DNA of 64,000 nt from an uncultured Acidobacteriaceae bacterium (GTDB lineage Bacteria > Acidobacteriota > Terriglobia > Terriglobales > Acidobacteriaceae). The notes below the pieces were generated by a model, which saw nothing but the letters and a program-made list of their open reading frames with translations, was not told the origin of the DNA and did not search any database. Made by a program: the position numbers and the translations under genes. The number at the start of each line of letters is the position of its first letter. Position 1 is the stretch's first letter. The DNA is taken from contig CAXTRY010000005.1 of NCBI GenBank assembly GCA_964246805.1, positions 7,472 through 71,471 of the forward strand, read 5' to 3'. Shown piece by piece: positions 40,551-50,241 of the stretch.

Positions 40551-41406
40551 AGAGTTACAGGATCTATATTGCTTGTGCTCCTTTAGTTGGTATATTTGCA
40601 TTGTTTACTTGTCGAACGAAGGTTCATGCGGCTGTTTGTAACAACGAGCCTTCTTTGACGGTGAACGGGTATGCTTATCATTGGGATGCGGGCACTTCAT
40701 CAAAACCTCACGTAATAAGCATTTATGTAGACCCAACATTTACGCCGCCAGAAAAGTTGGAAGCAACACAGGAAGTACAATCTTGGTTTACCAGCCTCTT
40801 TAACGCTTAATTCGATACTGCAAGCTTTGTGACTTCTGACCCAAGTGCAGGGGCTCCAAATGCAATTAGAATCATGAACGATCCAAGCGGCTCTCCCAAT
40901 GACGTAGCATTTACTCAAATAGGTACAAATCTAACCGGCTCAATAATTGGAGCAACAGTCAGCTTTAACAGATCGTATATGTTTTTAGCGCGAGTGGCAC
41001 AACTAAGCTCGCATACGATCCTACTGCCGCCGGGGCGGCAAATTTTTTTACTGGCACGAGCGCTCATGAAGTAGGACACGCGCTCGGCTTGGGAGAAACG
41101 GGAGAGGCCTCGTGCCAAGTTACATCCGGCTCGGTAATGGGTCCCGGGTGTGGAACCAATAACAAAGGTGACGGGTCGAGCAGGCCTGATCCAACAAATA
41201 TAAGTCCGACTGGCTGTGACAGATCAACGGTTTCGTCCAACATCACGACACCTACGCGGAATGGATCGGGTTCTGGAGGCAGCGGGGGAGCTCAAGGTGG
41301 ATCTGGTGATGGTGGAAGCGGATCATATATCTGTGCGACGTATGATGACTGGAATGATCAAACAAACACTTTGACCAGCTATACGTCCTGTTCTTACACC
41401 CCCTAA
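40547..41406 (+). pseudogene. disrupted matrixin/metzincin-like metalloprotease
   Basis: In-frame TAA at 40808-40810 and a frameshift near the T run at about 40982-40986; the restored frame reads AHEVGHALGLGE...GSVMGP (zinc motif plus Met-turn). Confidence 0.75.
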
Positions 41407-41481
41407 AAGTGGATTCACGGCAATGCGGGAGTCCTGTTCGTTTGGCATTTGCTTCTGCTGCATTACAGAAATCAATTTTTT

Positions 41482-41874
41482 CTACCCGAATGAGCTCACA
41501 TCGATGATTTCGTTGTCCTTCAGCGTATTCGCGACTATCGGCCCGATGCTCCAGATGTGACGTGAAGTAAGCGGCGTATCCCGGTCATAGCTGACCTTCA
41601 CCTTCGCGCCGCGGCGGCCTTGCGGACGCAAAATCTTCACCACGCGACGATAATGCTCGGTCGCTCGTCCGTCTGGCGCGACTGTATAGGTTGTTTCGTC
41701 AAGCAGCACGACCGCGTTCGTCTCCGACGAGTAGGTTGGCACCGCACGGCGCGCCGCGTCGCGCACCCAATCGGGCACGCTAACGGCCTTGCCCGCAAGT
41801 GCCCCATGGGGCACCCACAACACCGCAAACCATAAAACTGCTAGAGATCGAAAGCCGCCCAGCCGGTTGGACAT
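41482..41874 (-). pseudogene. truncated DUF3857/transglutaminase-family gene (N-terminus only)
   Basis: Signal peptide, VPDWVR, AVVLLDE and RRVVKILRPQGR; ends after 130 aa at the edge of the AT-rich segment. Confidence 0.6.
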
Positions 41875-41958
41875 ATCCGCTTAGTTATACGGGAGCAATC
41901 TTCAAAGAGGAAGAAGTTTTCGCCGCTATACAAAACTAACGTGTTTCTGGAATTTCAA

Positions 41959-43278
41959 CTATTGGAGGCGCACCGGCAGTGCGTCCACTTTTATCCGGAA
42001 CAACTGATATGGTTTCTGCCGCAGGTCTTGCCCGTGATGCATCGTGGGCTGCCGGTGAAGCTGGTTCGCGGTTACATAGAGGTAGCCGCTATCGGCAAGA
42101 CTCATCGTATCCGGCCACAGCAAACGGGGGTCGTGCGCGATGGTCTCGATCAATCCGGTCTTCGGATTGAAGCGATGGATCGAATCCGTCACCGGATCGG
42201 TCAGATAAACACGCCCCGCCGCATCCGACTCCAGCCCATCTGAGGGCATTTTGCCCGTAAGCACCCGCACCGTGGCGGCCACCTGCCCATCCGACTTTGA
42301 CCGGTCGCGCAGGGCCTCCGTGCTGACGCTGTAGAGCTTGGTCGAGTTGATTGGGCAGTAGAAGATCTCCCGTCCATCGGCTGAGATCGCCAGGCTGTCC
42401 GCCGCAAAGACGACCGGCTCGGACGGCTTGCCCGGCTCCGTCTTATAGACCGGCTGTCCTTCGGCAAACATCAGAAAGCCCGACTCCGCCACGACACTCT
42501 CGTGCTGGTTCAAGCGGCGAAAGCTCTTACCGGTCGCGAGGTCGACGACGATCAACGCGTTTGGCCCCTCGGACGCGGAGTCGGTAATGTAGGCCGTTCC
42601 ATGGAAAGCCGTGGAAACGGCAGCCTGCTCGCTGCCGGGGCTACGCTCGGCGGCTGGATGCGACGGGTCGACCGGTGGCTTATTCGGATTCGGTGCCGGA
42701 CGGCTGCCAATCATCGTCTGCGGGTCCTGCGGGCCGGTATCGCCCACGCGCAGGTCGAACCGCACATCGTTCATGTAGCTGTTCGTGCCCGCGGTTTCGG
42801 GCGGCAGCAGAATCGTCCGCACCACGCGATTGGTTGTAAGGTCGATACAAACTAGCTTTGGTCCACCGGGAACGATGTTCTTGAGCAGCGGCGCGCCGGT
42901 ATCCAATACCCACAGCCGGTCCGCCGGGTCCACCACCACCGATTGCACACTGACGAAGTGCGTTTGATTGGCGGCCTCGTCCGTAAACGCATTCGGATTG
43001 GGCAGGGAACGCCCCGGCCAGTCGTTCACCGCCTGGCTGGGAAACGCCATTGCCTTGCCGTTGACGATCTCGGCAACGGTAAACGGCACGTCGTCGCCCC
43101 AACGCGGAAAGTTCACGAAAATCCGGTTCCGATGCGAGACCGTGACTCCGGTCGGCATCGGCCCGTTGAAGGTGGCTACGGTCTCCAGCCGTCCAACCAC
43201 CTGATCGACAGGGGCTTGCTGGGCAGACGAGACGCACGCCAGCAGTGCGGCGGCGAGCGGGAAGAGGGCAAGTTTCAT
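41959..43278 (-). CDS. major royal jelly/yellow family beta-propeller protein
   Basis: RIFVNFPRW, SVQSVVVD, LWVLDTG, NDVRFD and WPDT motifs. Confidence 0.88.
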   Translation of the reverse strand: MKLALFPLAAALLACVSSAQQAPVDQVVGRLETVATFNGPMPTGVTVSHRNRIFVNFPRWGDDVPFTVAEIVNGKAMAFPSQAVNDWPGRSLPNPNAFTDEAANQTHFVSVQSVVVDPADRLWVLDTGAPLLKNIVPGGPKLVCIDLTTNRVVRTILLPPETAGTNSYMNDVRFDLRVGDTGPQDPQTMIGSRPAPNPNKPPVDPSHPAAERSPGSEQAAVSTAFHGTAYITDSASEGPNALIVVDLATGKSFRRLNQHESVVAESGFLMFAEGQPVYKTEPGKPSEPVVFAADSLAISADGREIFYCPINSTKLYSVSTEALRDRSKSDGQVAATVRVLTGKMPSDGLESDAAGRVYLTDPVTDSIHRFNPKTGLIETIAHDPRLLWPDTMSLADSGYLYVTANQLHRQPTMHHGQDLRQKPYQLFRIKVDALPVRLQ

Positions 43279-43338
43279 GGGCCTTAGGAGTACCGGAGCC
43301 CTTGCGCGGTTGCACGTCTCTCTTCTGATAGACCGCGG

Positions 43339-43953
43339 CTATGCGGAGCGGCGTTGGAACAAACGGATACCTGCAAAACCCACCGCTCCCGCCTGCAGGC
43401 AACCGGCTGCATTCCCGTCCGTCACGCCGCCAAGCGCCAGCACCGGCACCGGAGAGGCTATTTGGCAGGCATCGCGCAGCAATGCCAGACCCGAGCCGGC
43501 CATGACCAGCTCTCCTCGAACTGATTTGCCAAAGACGGGTCCAAATAGAATGGCCGTCGGCGGCTCCCGGCGAACACGGACCACATCCTCGAGCGTGTGA
43601 CAGGACACCGTGACCAGAGGCGCGGGGTGTCCAGCCGCCGCGTACAGCCGATGCACTTGCCGAATGGTCAGTTCGTCCGGCGAAGACGTCAGGTGAACTC
43701 CGTGGGCACCGGTAGCCGCTGCCACATCGGCCCGTCCATTGATCAAAAGGCGTGTTTTCGTTGGACCGAGCGCCTGGAGCACCTTTCGTGTCAGAGTAGC
43801 CAATTCAAAGGGGGGCAGGTCTTTCTCCCGCAGCTGAAAAAAAGCGATGCCTTCCTCTCCAAGCAGTCGAGCTTGCATCTCGGGCGGCATAAAACCATGA
43901 TGCCGCGCAAAGTTCCGATCCGAGATTGCGTAGCGCAGCGGCTGGGGATTCAC
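43339..43953 (-). CDS. thiamine phosphate synthase (ThiE/TenI family)
   Basis: QLREKDL, GVHL, SCHT, FGPVF and ALGGV motifs. Confidence 0.85.
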   Translation of the reverse strand: MNPQPLRYAISDRNFARHHGFMPPEMQARLLGEEGIAFFQLREKDLPPFELATLTRKVLQALGPTKTRLLINGRADVAAATGAHGVHLTSSPDELTIRQVHRLYAAAGHPAPLVTVSCHTLEDVVRVRREPPTAILFGPVFGKSVRGELVMAGSGLALLRDACQIASPVPVLALGGVTDGNAAGCLQAGAVGFAGIRLFQRRSA

Positions 43954-44156
43954 TCCTCCAGTCTAAAAGCTATAGTTAATGTGTGTTACGTTTAGCAGGA
44001 TAGGCGGATTACGCCCATGCCAAATTTCCGCCCGTCGGGCGTCTTGCTCCATCGGTGCAAGCCGCCCGACGGGTGCCCTAGCAAACTCGGTTCGTCCCGA
44101 GAGTACGTGATGCAAGCAATGCGCGTCCAGTAGGCCGCATTCCAGGTCAAGCGTTT

Positions 44157-45554
44157 ATGAGCAGTGTGTACGATCTGATTGTGATTGGCTCCGGTCCCGC
44201 CGGACAACGCGCCGCCATTTACGGTGCCAAGCTCGGTAAAAAGGTTGCTTTAGTCGAGATGCGCGAGGTGGTTGGGGGCGCATGTATCAATACAGGCACC
44301 ATCCCTTCCAAAACCATGCGCGAGGCTGTTCTTCACCTCTCCGGCTATAACTACAAGTCGATTTACGGGATGAACTACCGGGTGAAGGAACGCATCACCA
44401 TGGCGGACCTCGCCTTCCGAGTCCAGCATGTCATCAAGACCGAGGTAGACGTTACCGAAGCGCAGCTCTCTCGCAACAACATCGAGATGCTGGTCGGCGT
44501 GGCCAGCTTTGTCGATCCTACCCATATCAAGGTCACAAACTCCCGTGGCTCCACGATCTATGAGGCAAAGAATGTCCTGATCGCGACCGGCACCAAGCCT
44601 GCCTCCTCCACCAAGGTACCGATCAACGGACGCAGCATCATCAACTCCGACCTGGTGCTCGATCTGCCTAGCCTGCCGAAGACCCTGATCGTGGTCGGCG
44701 GCGGTGTTATCGGCGTGGAGTACACCTGCATGTTCTCCGCTCTCGGCGTTCGCGTCACTCTGATCGAACGCCGTCCGCGCCTGCTTGAGTTTGCCGACCA
44801 GGAGATTATCGAAGCGCTTAGCTACCATCTGCGCGACTCGCGCGTCACCATGCGCCTCAACGAAGAAGTAGAGTCGGTGGAAGAGATGCCCGACAGCACC
44901 GTGGTTGCTAATCTTGAAAGCAAGAAGAAGCTGCAAGGCGATGCGCTGCTCTACGCCGTCGGCCGTCAGGGTAATGTCGACGAGCTGAACCTCGAAGCCG
45001 TCGGGATCGACTCCGATTCGCGCGGCCGCATCCCCGTCGATAAGGACTACCGCACCAAGCAGCCCACCATCTTTGCCGTTGGCGACGTTATCGGCTTCCC
45101 TTCGCTGGCTTCCGTCTCCATGGAGCAGGGAAGGGTAGCCGCGGCGCGGGCGTTCGGCGATGAAAGCATCATCTCGAATCCCAGCTTCTATCCCTACGGT
45201 ATCTGGACCATCCCGGAGATCAGCTTTCTTGGCAAGACGGAAGAGCAGCTCACCGAGGAAGACGTGCCCTACGAGGTCGGCGTGGCTTACTATCGCGAGA
45301 TTGCCCGCGGCCAGATTCGCGGCGATACCACGGGCCGCCTCAAACTTATTTTCCACCGAATGACGCATCAGCTGCTCGGCGTCCACATCATCGGCGAGGG
45401 CGCGAGCGAGCTCGTACACATCGGGCAGGCCGTCATGGCACTAGGCGGAAAGCTGGATTATTTCGTGGATACGGTCTTCAACTATCCAACGCTCGCGGAA
45501 TGTTATAAAGTAGCGGCTTTCAATGGATTGAACCGCGTGAGCAAGTTCGACTAG
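44157..45554 (+). CDS. sthA: soluble pyridine nucleotide transhydrogenase
   Basis: IGSGPAG, GACINTGTIPSKTMRE, GDVIGFPSLAS and FNYPTLAE motifs. Confidence 0.92.
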   Translation: MSSVYDLIVIGSGPAGQRAAIYGAKLGKKVALVEMREVVGGACINTGTIPSKTMREAVLHLSGYNYKSIYGMNYRVKERITMADLAFRVQHVIKTEVDVTEAQLSRNNIEMLVGVASFVDPTHIKVTNSRGSTIYEAKNVLIATGTKPASSTKVPINGRSIINSDLVLDLPSLPKTLIVVGGGVIGVEYTCMFSALGVRVTLIERRPRLLEFADQEIIEALSYHLRDSRVTMRLNEEVESVEEMPDSTVVANLESKKKLQGDALLYAVGRQGNVDELNLEAVGIDSDSRGRIPVDKDYRTKQPTIFAVGDVIGFPSLASVSMEQGRVAAARAFGDESIISNPSFYPYGIWTIPEISFLGKTEEQLTEEDVPYEVGVAYYREIARGQIRGDTTGRLKLIFHRMTHQLLGVHIIGEGASELVHIGQAVMALGGKLDYFVDTVFNYPTLAECYKVAAFNGLNRVSKFD

Positions 45555-45589
45555 GCTCCCGGCAACCAAATCAACGAGGCCTGAGACGT

Positions 45590-46486
45590 ATGACAACGAC
45601 TGTCGGTGTGACTTTATCGGAGCGGATGCTGGCCGGCCTGGTGGTCGATCATAAGCTGCGGGGCGAGCTGCGCCGCTTCCCTGAGAACGAAGACGACCAG
45701 TACGCGCTGGTCGAAATGCCCACGGAAGGGCTTATCCGCACCATCTGTGAGCGGGTGATCGCGGCAGCCGAAGGAGCGAACGATGTCACGGCTGTGGGCA
45801 TCGCGTTGCCGGGCATCGTGAAGCACGGCATAGTCGAGGATTCGCCCAATCTACCGCAACTGAAAGGCGCGCGCGTTCAGGAGCTTCTCACCTCGCAGCT
45901 CCAGGCTCACGGTTTGAATGCCGCCGTCAACGTCCTCAACGACGCCGACGCGGTCGCCTCCGGCCTGGCCGCCTCCATCGGCAAGCTCGACCATACGATA
46001 CGCGTCTGGACCATGGGGGTCGGTATCGGCTACGGCCGCTATCCGTTTATGCCATCGGCCGGCGAAGGCGGCCATACCGTCGTGTCGCTCGACGACAAGG
46101 AGCGCTTCTGCGGCTGCGGTGGGCGCGGCCACATGGAAGGGATCATGGGGCATCGCGCCATGCGCCTGCGCTTTCTGGACATGGAGCCTGAGGAGGTCTT
46201 CGAGGCGGCCAACAAGGGTGACGCCAAGTGCATAGAGTTCAAGCGACTGTGGCACAAAGCGCTGGCCGCCGCGACTGCCAGTTCCATCCATCTCGACGGA
46301 CCGGGCAAGTTCTTCCTTACCGGCTTCAACGTGCGCTTCGTCGATCTGGCCATGCTGCGCGACTACGTCCAGCAGATGGTCACCATGAGCCCGCTGCAAA
46401 GTTATTCGCTTGAAGTCGTGAACGACGATGCCCAGACGCGCGTAATTGGCGCGGCGGTTGCGGCCCAGCAAGCCGCCCTCCGCTGA
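45590..46486 (+). CDS. ROK family protein
   Basis: GIALPG, NDADA, GEGGH and CGCGGRGHME motifs. Confidence 0.85.
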   Translation: MTTTVGVTLSERMLAGLVVDHKLRGELRRFPENEDDQYALVEMPTEGLIRTICERVIAAAEGANDVTAVGIALPGIVKHGIVEDSPNLPQLKGARVQELLTSQLQAHGLNAAVNVLNDADAVASGLAASIGKLDHTIRVWTMGVGIGYGRYPFMPSAGEGGHTVVSLDDKERFCGCGGRGHMEGIMGHRAMRLRFLDMEPEEVFEAANKGDAKCIEFKRLWHKALAAATASSIHLDGPGKFFLTGFNVRFVDLAMLRDYVQQMVTMSPLQSYSLEVVNDDAQTRVIGAAVAAQQAALR

Positions 46487-46522
46487 ACCGAATCGCTATA
46501 CTAATTTCGCTATACTAACTTC

Positions 46523-47167
46523 ATGGACCGCCTCTGGACCCCATGGCGCTACAACTATGTCAGTCAAGCGGAGCCGGATGCTCGTAAAGGTGTTCCGCCC
46601 GAGCTTGCCGCATGGCCCGCCGATCAGGACAGGCATTGCGTCTTCTGTAATCTCGTGGCCTCAACAAGCTATGCCATTGCTTCGGGAATGGAATCTCGTC
46701 TGGCTTTCTCGGCCGCCCGCATCGTCCATCGCGGGCAACACTGCTTCATCTGCCTCAATCTATTCCCCTACGGCACGGGCCATATCCTCCTCGTCCCCTA
46801 CGAGCATCAGGATTCACTTGCGAAGCTATCGCTGGACGCCGCGGTGGAGATGATGCAGCTTGCACGATTGTCCGAAGATGTTTTGCGCAAGGTCTATCGC
46901 CCTCATGGCCTTAACCTGGGCATGAATCTCGGCGAGGCTGCTGGAGCAGGGGTAGCGAGCCATCTTCATCTTCATGCGCTGCCGCGATGGTCCGGCGACA
47001 CCAGCTTCATTACCGTTGTGGGTGAAACACGTGTTCTCCCTGAAGCATTAGAGACAACCTGGGCCAAATTGGAACAGGCCTATACACTGCATGCAACGCC
47101 GGGCGATGCTAAATCATCTAGAGCAGGTACGGCGGCATCAGGATTATCAGATGACTTCCGTAATTAG
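46523..47167 (+). CDS. HIT family hydrolase
   Basis: LWTPWR, CVFC, NLFPY and HLHLH motifs. Confidence 0.9.
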   Translation: MDRLWTPWRYNYVSQAEPDARKGVPPELAAWPADQDRHCVFCNLVASTSYAIASGMESRLAFSAARIVHRGQHCFICLNLFPYGTGHILLVPYEHQDSLAKLSLDAAVEMMQLARLSEDVLRKVYRPHGLNLGMNLGEAAGAGVASHLHLHALPRWSGDTSFITVVGETRVLPEALETTWAKLEQAYTLHATPGDAKSSRAGTAASGLSDDFRN

Positions 47168-47445
47168 TCGATTGACTTAGCGATAAGGTCGAATCGAGGG
47201 CACCCCATGCATACTCCAAGCAATATTCCTTCGTCGTTTATGCGAGACGCACCCAATGGTGTCATGCCTCAAAGGCGTGAGCCCGTTCTTCTAGAGGCCG
47301 TGCCCAAACGCCAGCCGAAGTCGATCGCTATAGGTCTCTCAGCTTCGTTCATCTGTCTTTCCGTTGAACCGGAAGATGCCAAAATCACCGGTGCCACGCG
47401 ATCGCTTTCAAGACGCCTTCTGGCTCTCAATTTACCGCCGGCCAG

Positions 47446-47949
47446 CTAAGGCCGCCGTCCTTGAGGTACACGTGTGGCCTCAAAATTGGTTGTCTTCCAA
47501 GTTCCAGACGCCAGGCGTTGATAGACGCGCGTATAGCGGTAAGTTCCTTTCATCGGTTCGCCTTCATTCGTTCCTTCCACCTGGGCCAACGACGTAACGA
47601 TCGCCACCGTTCCCAGAAGCTTAATTTTGCGATCGCTCAGATCGATGCGCGTCAGGACCAATCGCCGGTTACGGATACGATCAAGTTGCTGCGTTTTTGT
47701 ATTCGCCTGACCTGTGATTGAGATTCCCACAAAGTCGTCGGCCAGCAAACGGTCCATTGCGCTCACATCCGCCGTAAGCTGCGCGGCCCGCCACTGGTCT
47801 TCCAGACTCTCAACAATATGCCGCGAATCCCGCTTCGATCCGGCGCTGATCTTCTTGGCCGCATGGCCATCACGGACACCCATCGTCAGGACCGCAAGCA
47901 TGATCAGCCAAGTGTAAGCTCGCAGTCGCATGTGGGCCGAAGATCGCAT
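47446..47949 (-). CDS. NTF2-like/DUF4440 secreted protein
   Basis: LLADDFV...YRYTRVY...W pattern; signal peptide. Confidence 0.8.
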   Translation of the reverse strand: MRSSAHMRLRAYTWLIMLAVLTMGVRDGHAAKKISAGSKRDSRHIVESLEDQWRAAQLTADVSAMDRLLADDFVGISITGQANTKTQQLDRIRNRRLVLTRIDLSDRKIKLLGTVAIVTSLAQVEGTNEGEPMKGTYRYTRVYQRLASGTWKTTNFEATRVPQGRRP

Positions 47950-48034
47950 CGTTCAAGCGGATACTAATCCGCGCCACTCTTAGAGTCAAAAGAAACTCTC
48001 TCCCGAGCCTCGGAAGCACACCGCAATGGGATGC

Positions 48035-48322
48035 TCAGGCGAGCGCGGTTAAATTCTCGATGCTTCGATCTTTCATCAGTTGGTAGAGTCCGCCGATGGC
48101 ATGCCGTGCAAAGTGGGGTGTGTGCCGATGGTGATCGAGGGCCGATTCGTCCGCATATTGCTCATAGATCAGCACCGCGCCTGTGTCGTTCTCGACAAAA
48201 TGAGGCACATAGCTGACGCAGCCCGGCTCCTCACGGGAAGCTTGCGCTAATGCCACCAGATGCTCCCGAGCCGCCGTCTGCTGCTCCTGCTCGAACCGCA
48301 TATGCACGATAAAACTGACCAT
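48035..48322 (-). CDS. ABM-family putative quinol monooxygenase
   Basis: SREEPGC, IYEQY and HRHTPHF motifs; RBS GGAGG. Confidence 0.85.
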   Translation of the reverse strand: MVSFIVHMRFEQEQQTAAREHLVALAQASREEPGCVSYVPHFVENDTGAVLIYEQYADESALDHHRHTPHFARHAIGGLYQLMKDRSIENLTALA

Positions 48323-48334
48323 TGATCCTCCTCC

Positions 48335-49657
48335 CTAAGACTGGAGCGCCTCTTCAAACGCCGGCAGTGTCATCGTTTGCGCGCGGTCCGGCCCCGTGGA
48401 CACCATGCCGATCTTCGCGCCCGACCCCCGTTCCAGAAAATGCAGATAATCCTGCGCCAGCCGCGGCAGCTTCTCGAATTCGGTAATCCCCTCCGTCGAG
48501 CAGTTCCACCCTTTCAAGGTTGTATACACCGGGGTAATCGAATCAAATCCGCGCATGTCCGCCGGAATCGTATCTGTCAGTTTGCCGTCGACGCGATATC
48601 CTGTACACACGGGAATGTCCATGCACTCGTCCATTACGTCCATCTTGGTCACGACCAGCCACTCCGTGCCGTTGATCATGTTGCTATAACGCAACAGCGG
48701 CAGGTCGAGCCAACCGCAACGTCGCGGACGCCCCGTGACCGCGCCATACTCCTGCCCGCGTGCCCGCAGCAAGTCCGCCGAGTGGTCCTGAATTTCCGTT
48801 GGAAAGGGTCCCTCGCCCACGCGTGTCACATACGCCTTCGTCACGCCGATCACCATATCAATCTTCGTCGGCCCCACGCCGGTGCCGGTGACCGCGCCAC
48901 CCGCCGTCGCGGACGATGAAGTCACAAACGGATAGGTTCCATGATCGATGTCGAGCAGTGCTCCCTGCGCGCCTTCAAACATCACCTTCTCGCCTTTGGC
49001 TAGCGCGTCGTTCAACAGCAGTGCTGTATCGGTCACGAACGGCGCGATCTGCTCCGCCGCCCTTGCATACTCCTCGTACATGCTCTTGGGATCGAGCGGC
49101 TCGGTGCCGAACAGCGCATGGGCGATCGTATTCTTTTCAAAGCATGCATTCTGGATATGTGTCCGCAACAAGGCCGAGTTCAGCAGGTCTATAACGCGCA
49201 GCCCGCTGCGATGCATCTTGTCTTCGTAGGCCGGACCAATGCCGCGGCTCGTGGTCCCGATCTTGGTCCGTCCCGGCGCGTTCTCCGCCGCCAGTTCAAT
49301 CATTCGGTGGTAAGGCAGGATCACCTGTGCGCGGTCCGACACGAATAGCTGACCATCCGGCCCGCTCGGCAACGGCAGCCCGGCTTCGCGCAGCTTCCGC
49401 ACTTCACTCAGAAAGGCCATGGGGTCCAGCACCACGCCATTGCCGATCACGGCCTTGCAATCCGGGCGCAGCACTCCGCAAGGGATCAGCTGCAAGATAA
49501 ATTTTTTCCCGTCGATGATAACGGTGTGTCCGGCGTTATGGCCGCCTGCATACCGCGCCACCACGGAAAACCTCTCCGATAGCACGTCGACAATCTTGCC
49601 CTTGCCTTCATCGCCCCACTGGGCACCGAGGATGACGGCTGATTTGCGTTGATTCAC
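48335..49657 (-). CDS. purA: adenylosuccinate synthetase
   Basis: QWGDEGKGK, GIGPAY, GTYPFVTSS and TGRPRRCGW motifs. Confidence 0.97.
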   Translation of the reverse strand: MNQRKSAVILGAQWGDEGKGKIVDVLSERFSVVARYAGGHNAGHTVIIDGKKFILQLIPCGVLRPDCKAVIGNGVVLDPMAFLSEVRKLREAGLPLPSGPDGQLFVSDRAQVILPYHRMIELAAENAPGRTKIGTTSRGIGPAYEDKMHRSGLRVIDLLNSALLRTHIQNACFEKNTIAHALFGTEPLDPKSMYEEYARAAEQIAPFVTDTALLLNDALAKGEKVMFEGAQGALLDIDHGTYPFVTSSSATAGGAVTGTGVGPTKIDMVIGVTKAYVTRVGEGPFPTEIQDHSADLLRARGQEYGAVTGRPRRCGWLDLPLLRYSNMINGTEWLVVTKMDVMDECMDIPVCTGYRVDGKLTDTIPADMRGFDSITPVYTTLKGWNCSTEGITEFEKLPRLAQDYLHFLERGSGAKIGMVSTGPDRAQTMTLPAFEEALQS

Positions 49658-49879
49658 TGCTGAAAGGTACTCCGGTCTGGGTAAAATTCTAACGGAGCGA
49701 TGCTCGAAAACGCCGTTAGCTCATCATATCGTGTCATCACGGCAGATGGGATATGAGCCATACATGACTTAAGTGCTGCATACAGTCGAAAAGCAGATAT
49801 CACAATCTCGCAATCCGCATCAAAATGTTAGCAGCCTTGATAGCAAAGATATGGAGAACTCGCCTTTTTTCAGGGAGGT

Positions 49880-49909
49880 TTGACAACGGCAAGCTGAACG
49901 CCTTATAAT
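49880..49909 (+). promoter_or_regulatory. consensus sigma70 promoter of the RiPP cluster
   Basis: TTGACA (49880-49885), 18-bp spacer, TATAAT (49904-49909). Confidence 0.75.
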
Positions 49910-50046
49910 TGCGCTATGTAAGCAGTAACTTCTTGACTGTTACGTCTTGAAATTCTTTACACTTTCATGTTTGGAAATCGACCCAAGCCGTTATACTCAT
50001 GGCAGGACATTTGATCCAACATCTTACCTTCAGAGGTCAGCATAGT

Positions 50047-50232
50047 ATGAGCACACAGCAAATTAACAAACTTACCGCGAAAGCCGCTTACACGAAGCCT
50101 GCCTTGATCGAGTACGGTTCGCTTGCCGAGCGCACCAAGATCTTCGGTCTGCCCCAGGGCCCTTCCCCCGACTTCATCATTGGACCCATCATCACTACTG
50201 GTTCGCGTTCGGTCACGACCATTATCGTCTAA
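50047..50232 (+). CDS. RiPP precursor peptide, 61 aa, with a lasso-type leader
   Basis: MSTQQINKLTAKAA-YTKPALIEYGSLAERT-K-IFGLPQGPSPDFIIGPIITTGSRSVTTIIV; YxxPxLxxxGxxxxxT RRE-binding motif; RBS GAGGT. Confidence 0.88.
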   Translation: MSTQQINKLTAKAAYTKPALIEYGSLAERTKIFGLPQGPSPDFIIGPIITTGSRSVTTIIV

Positions 50233-50241
50233 GGATTTCGC

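Noticed and set aside
44250-45419. Long antisense ORFs (here, and at 5802-6698, 10409-11398, 25596-26477 and 56063-56839)
   Set aside because: Typical shadows of high-GC3 genes on the opposite strand.
47207-47449. 80-aa ORF between the HIT and DUF4440 genes
   Set aside because: Has a possible RBS but no recognisable motif, so it cannot be supported from sequence alone.
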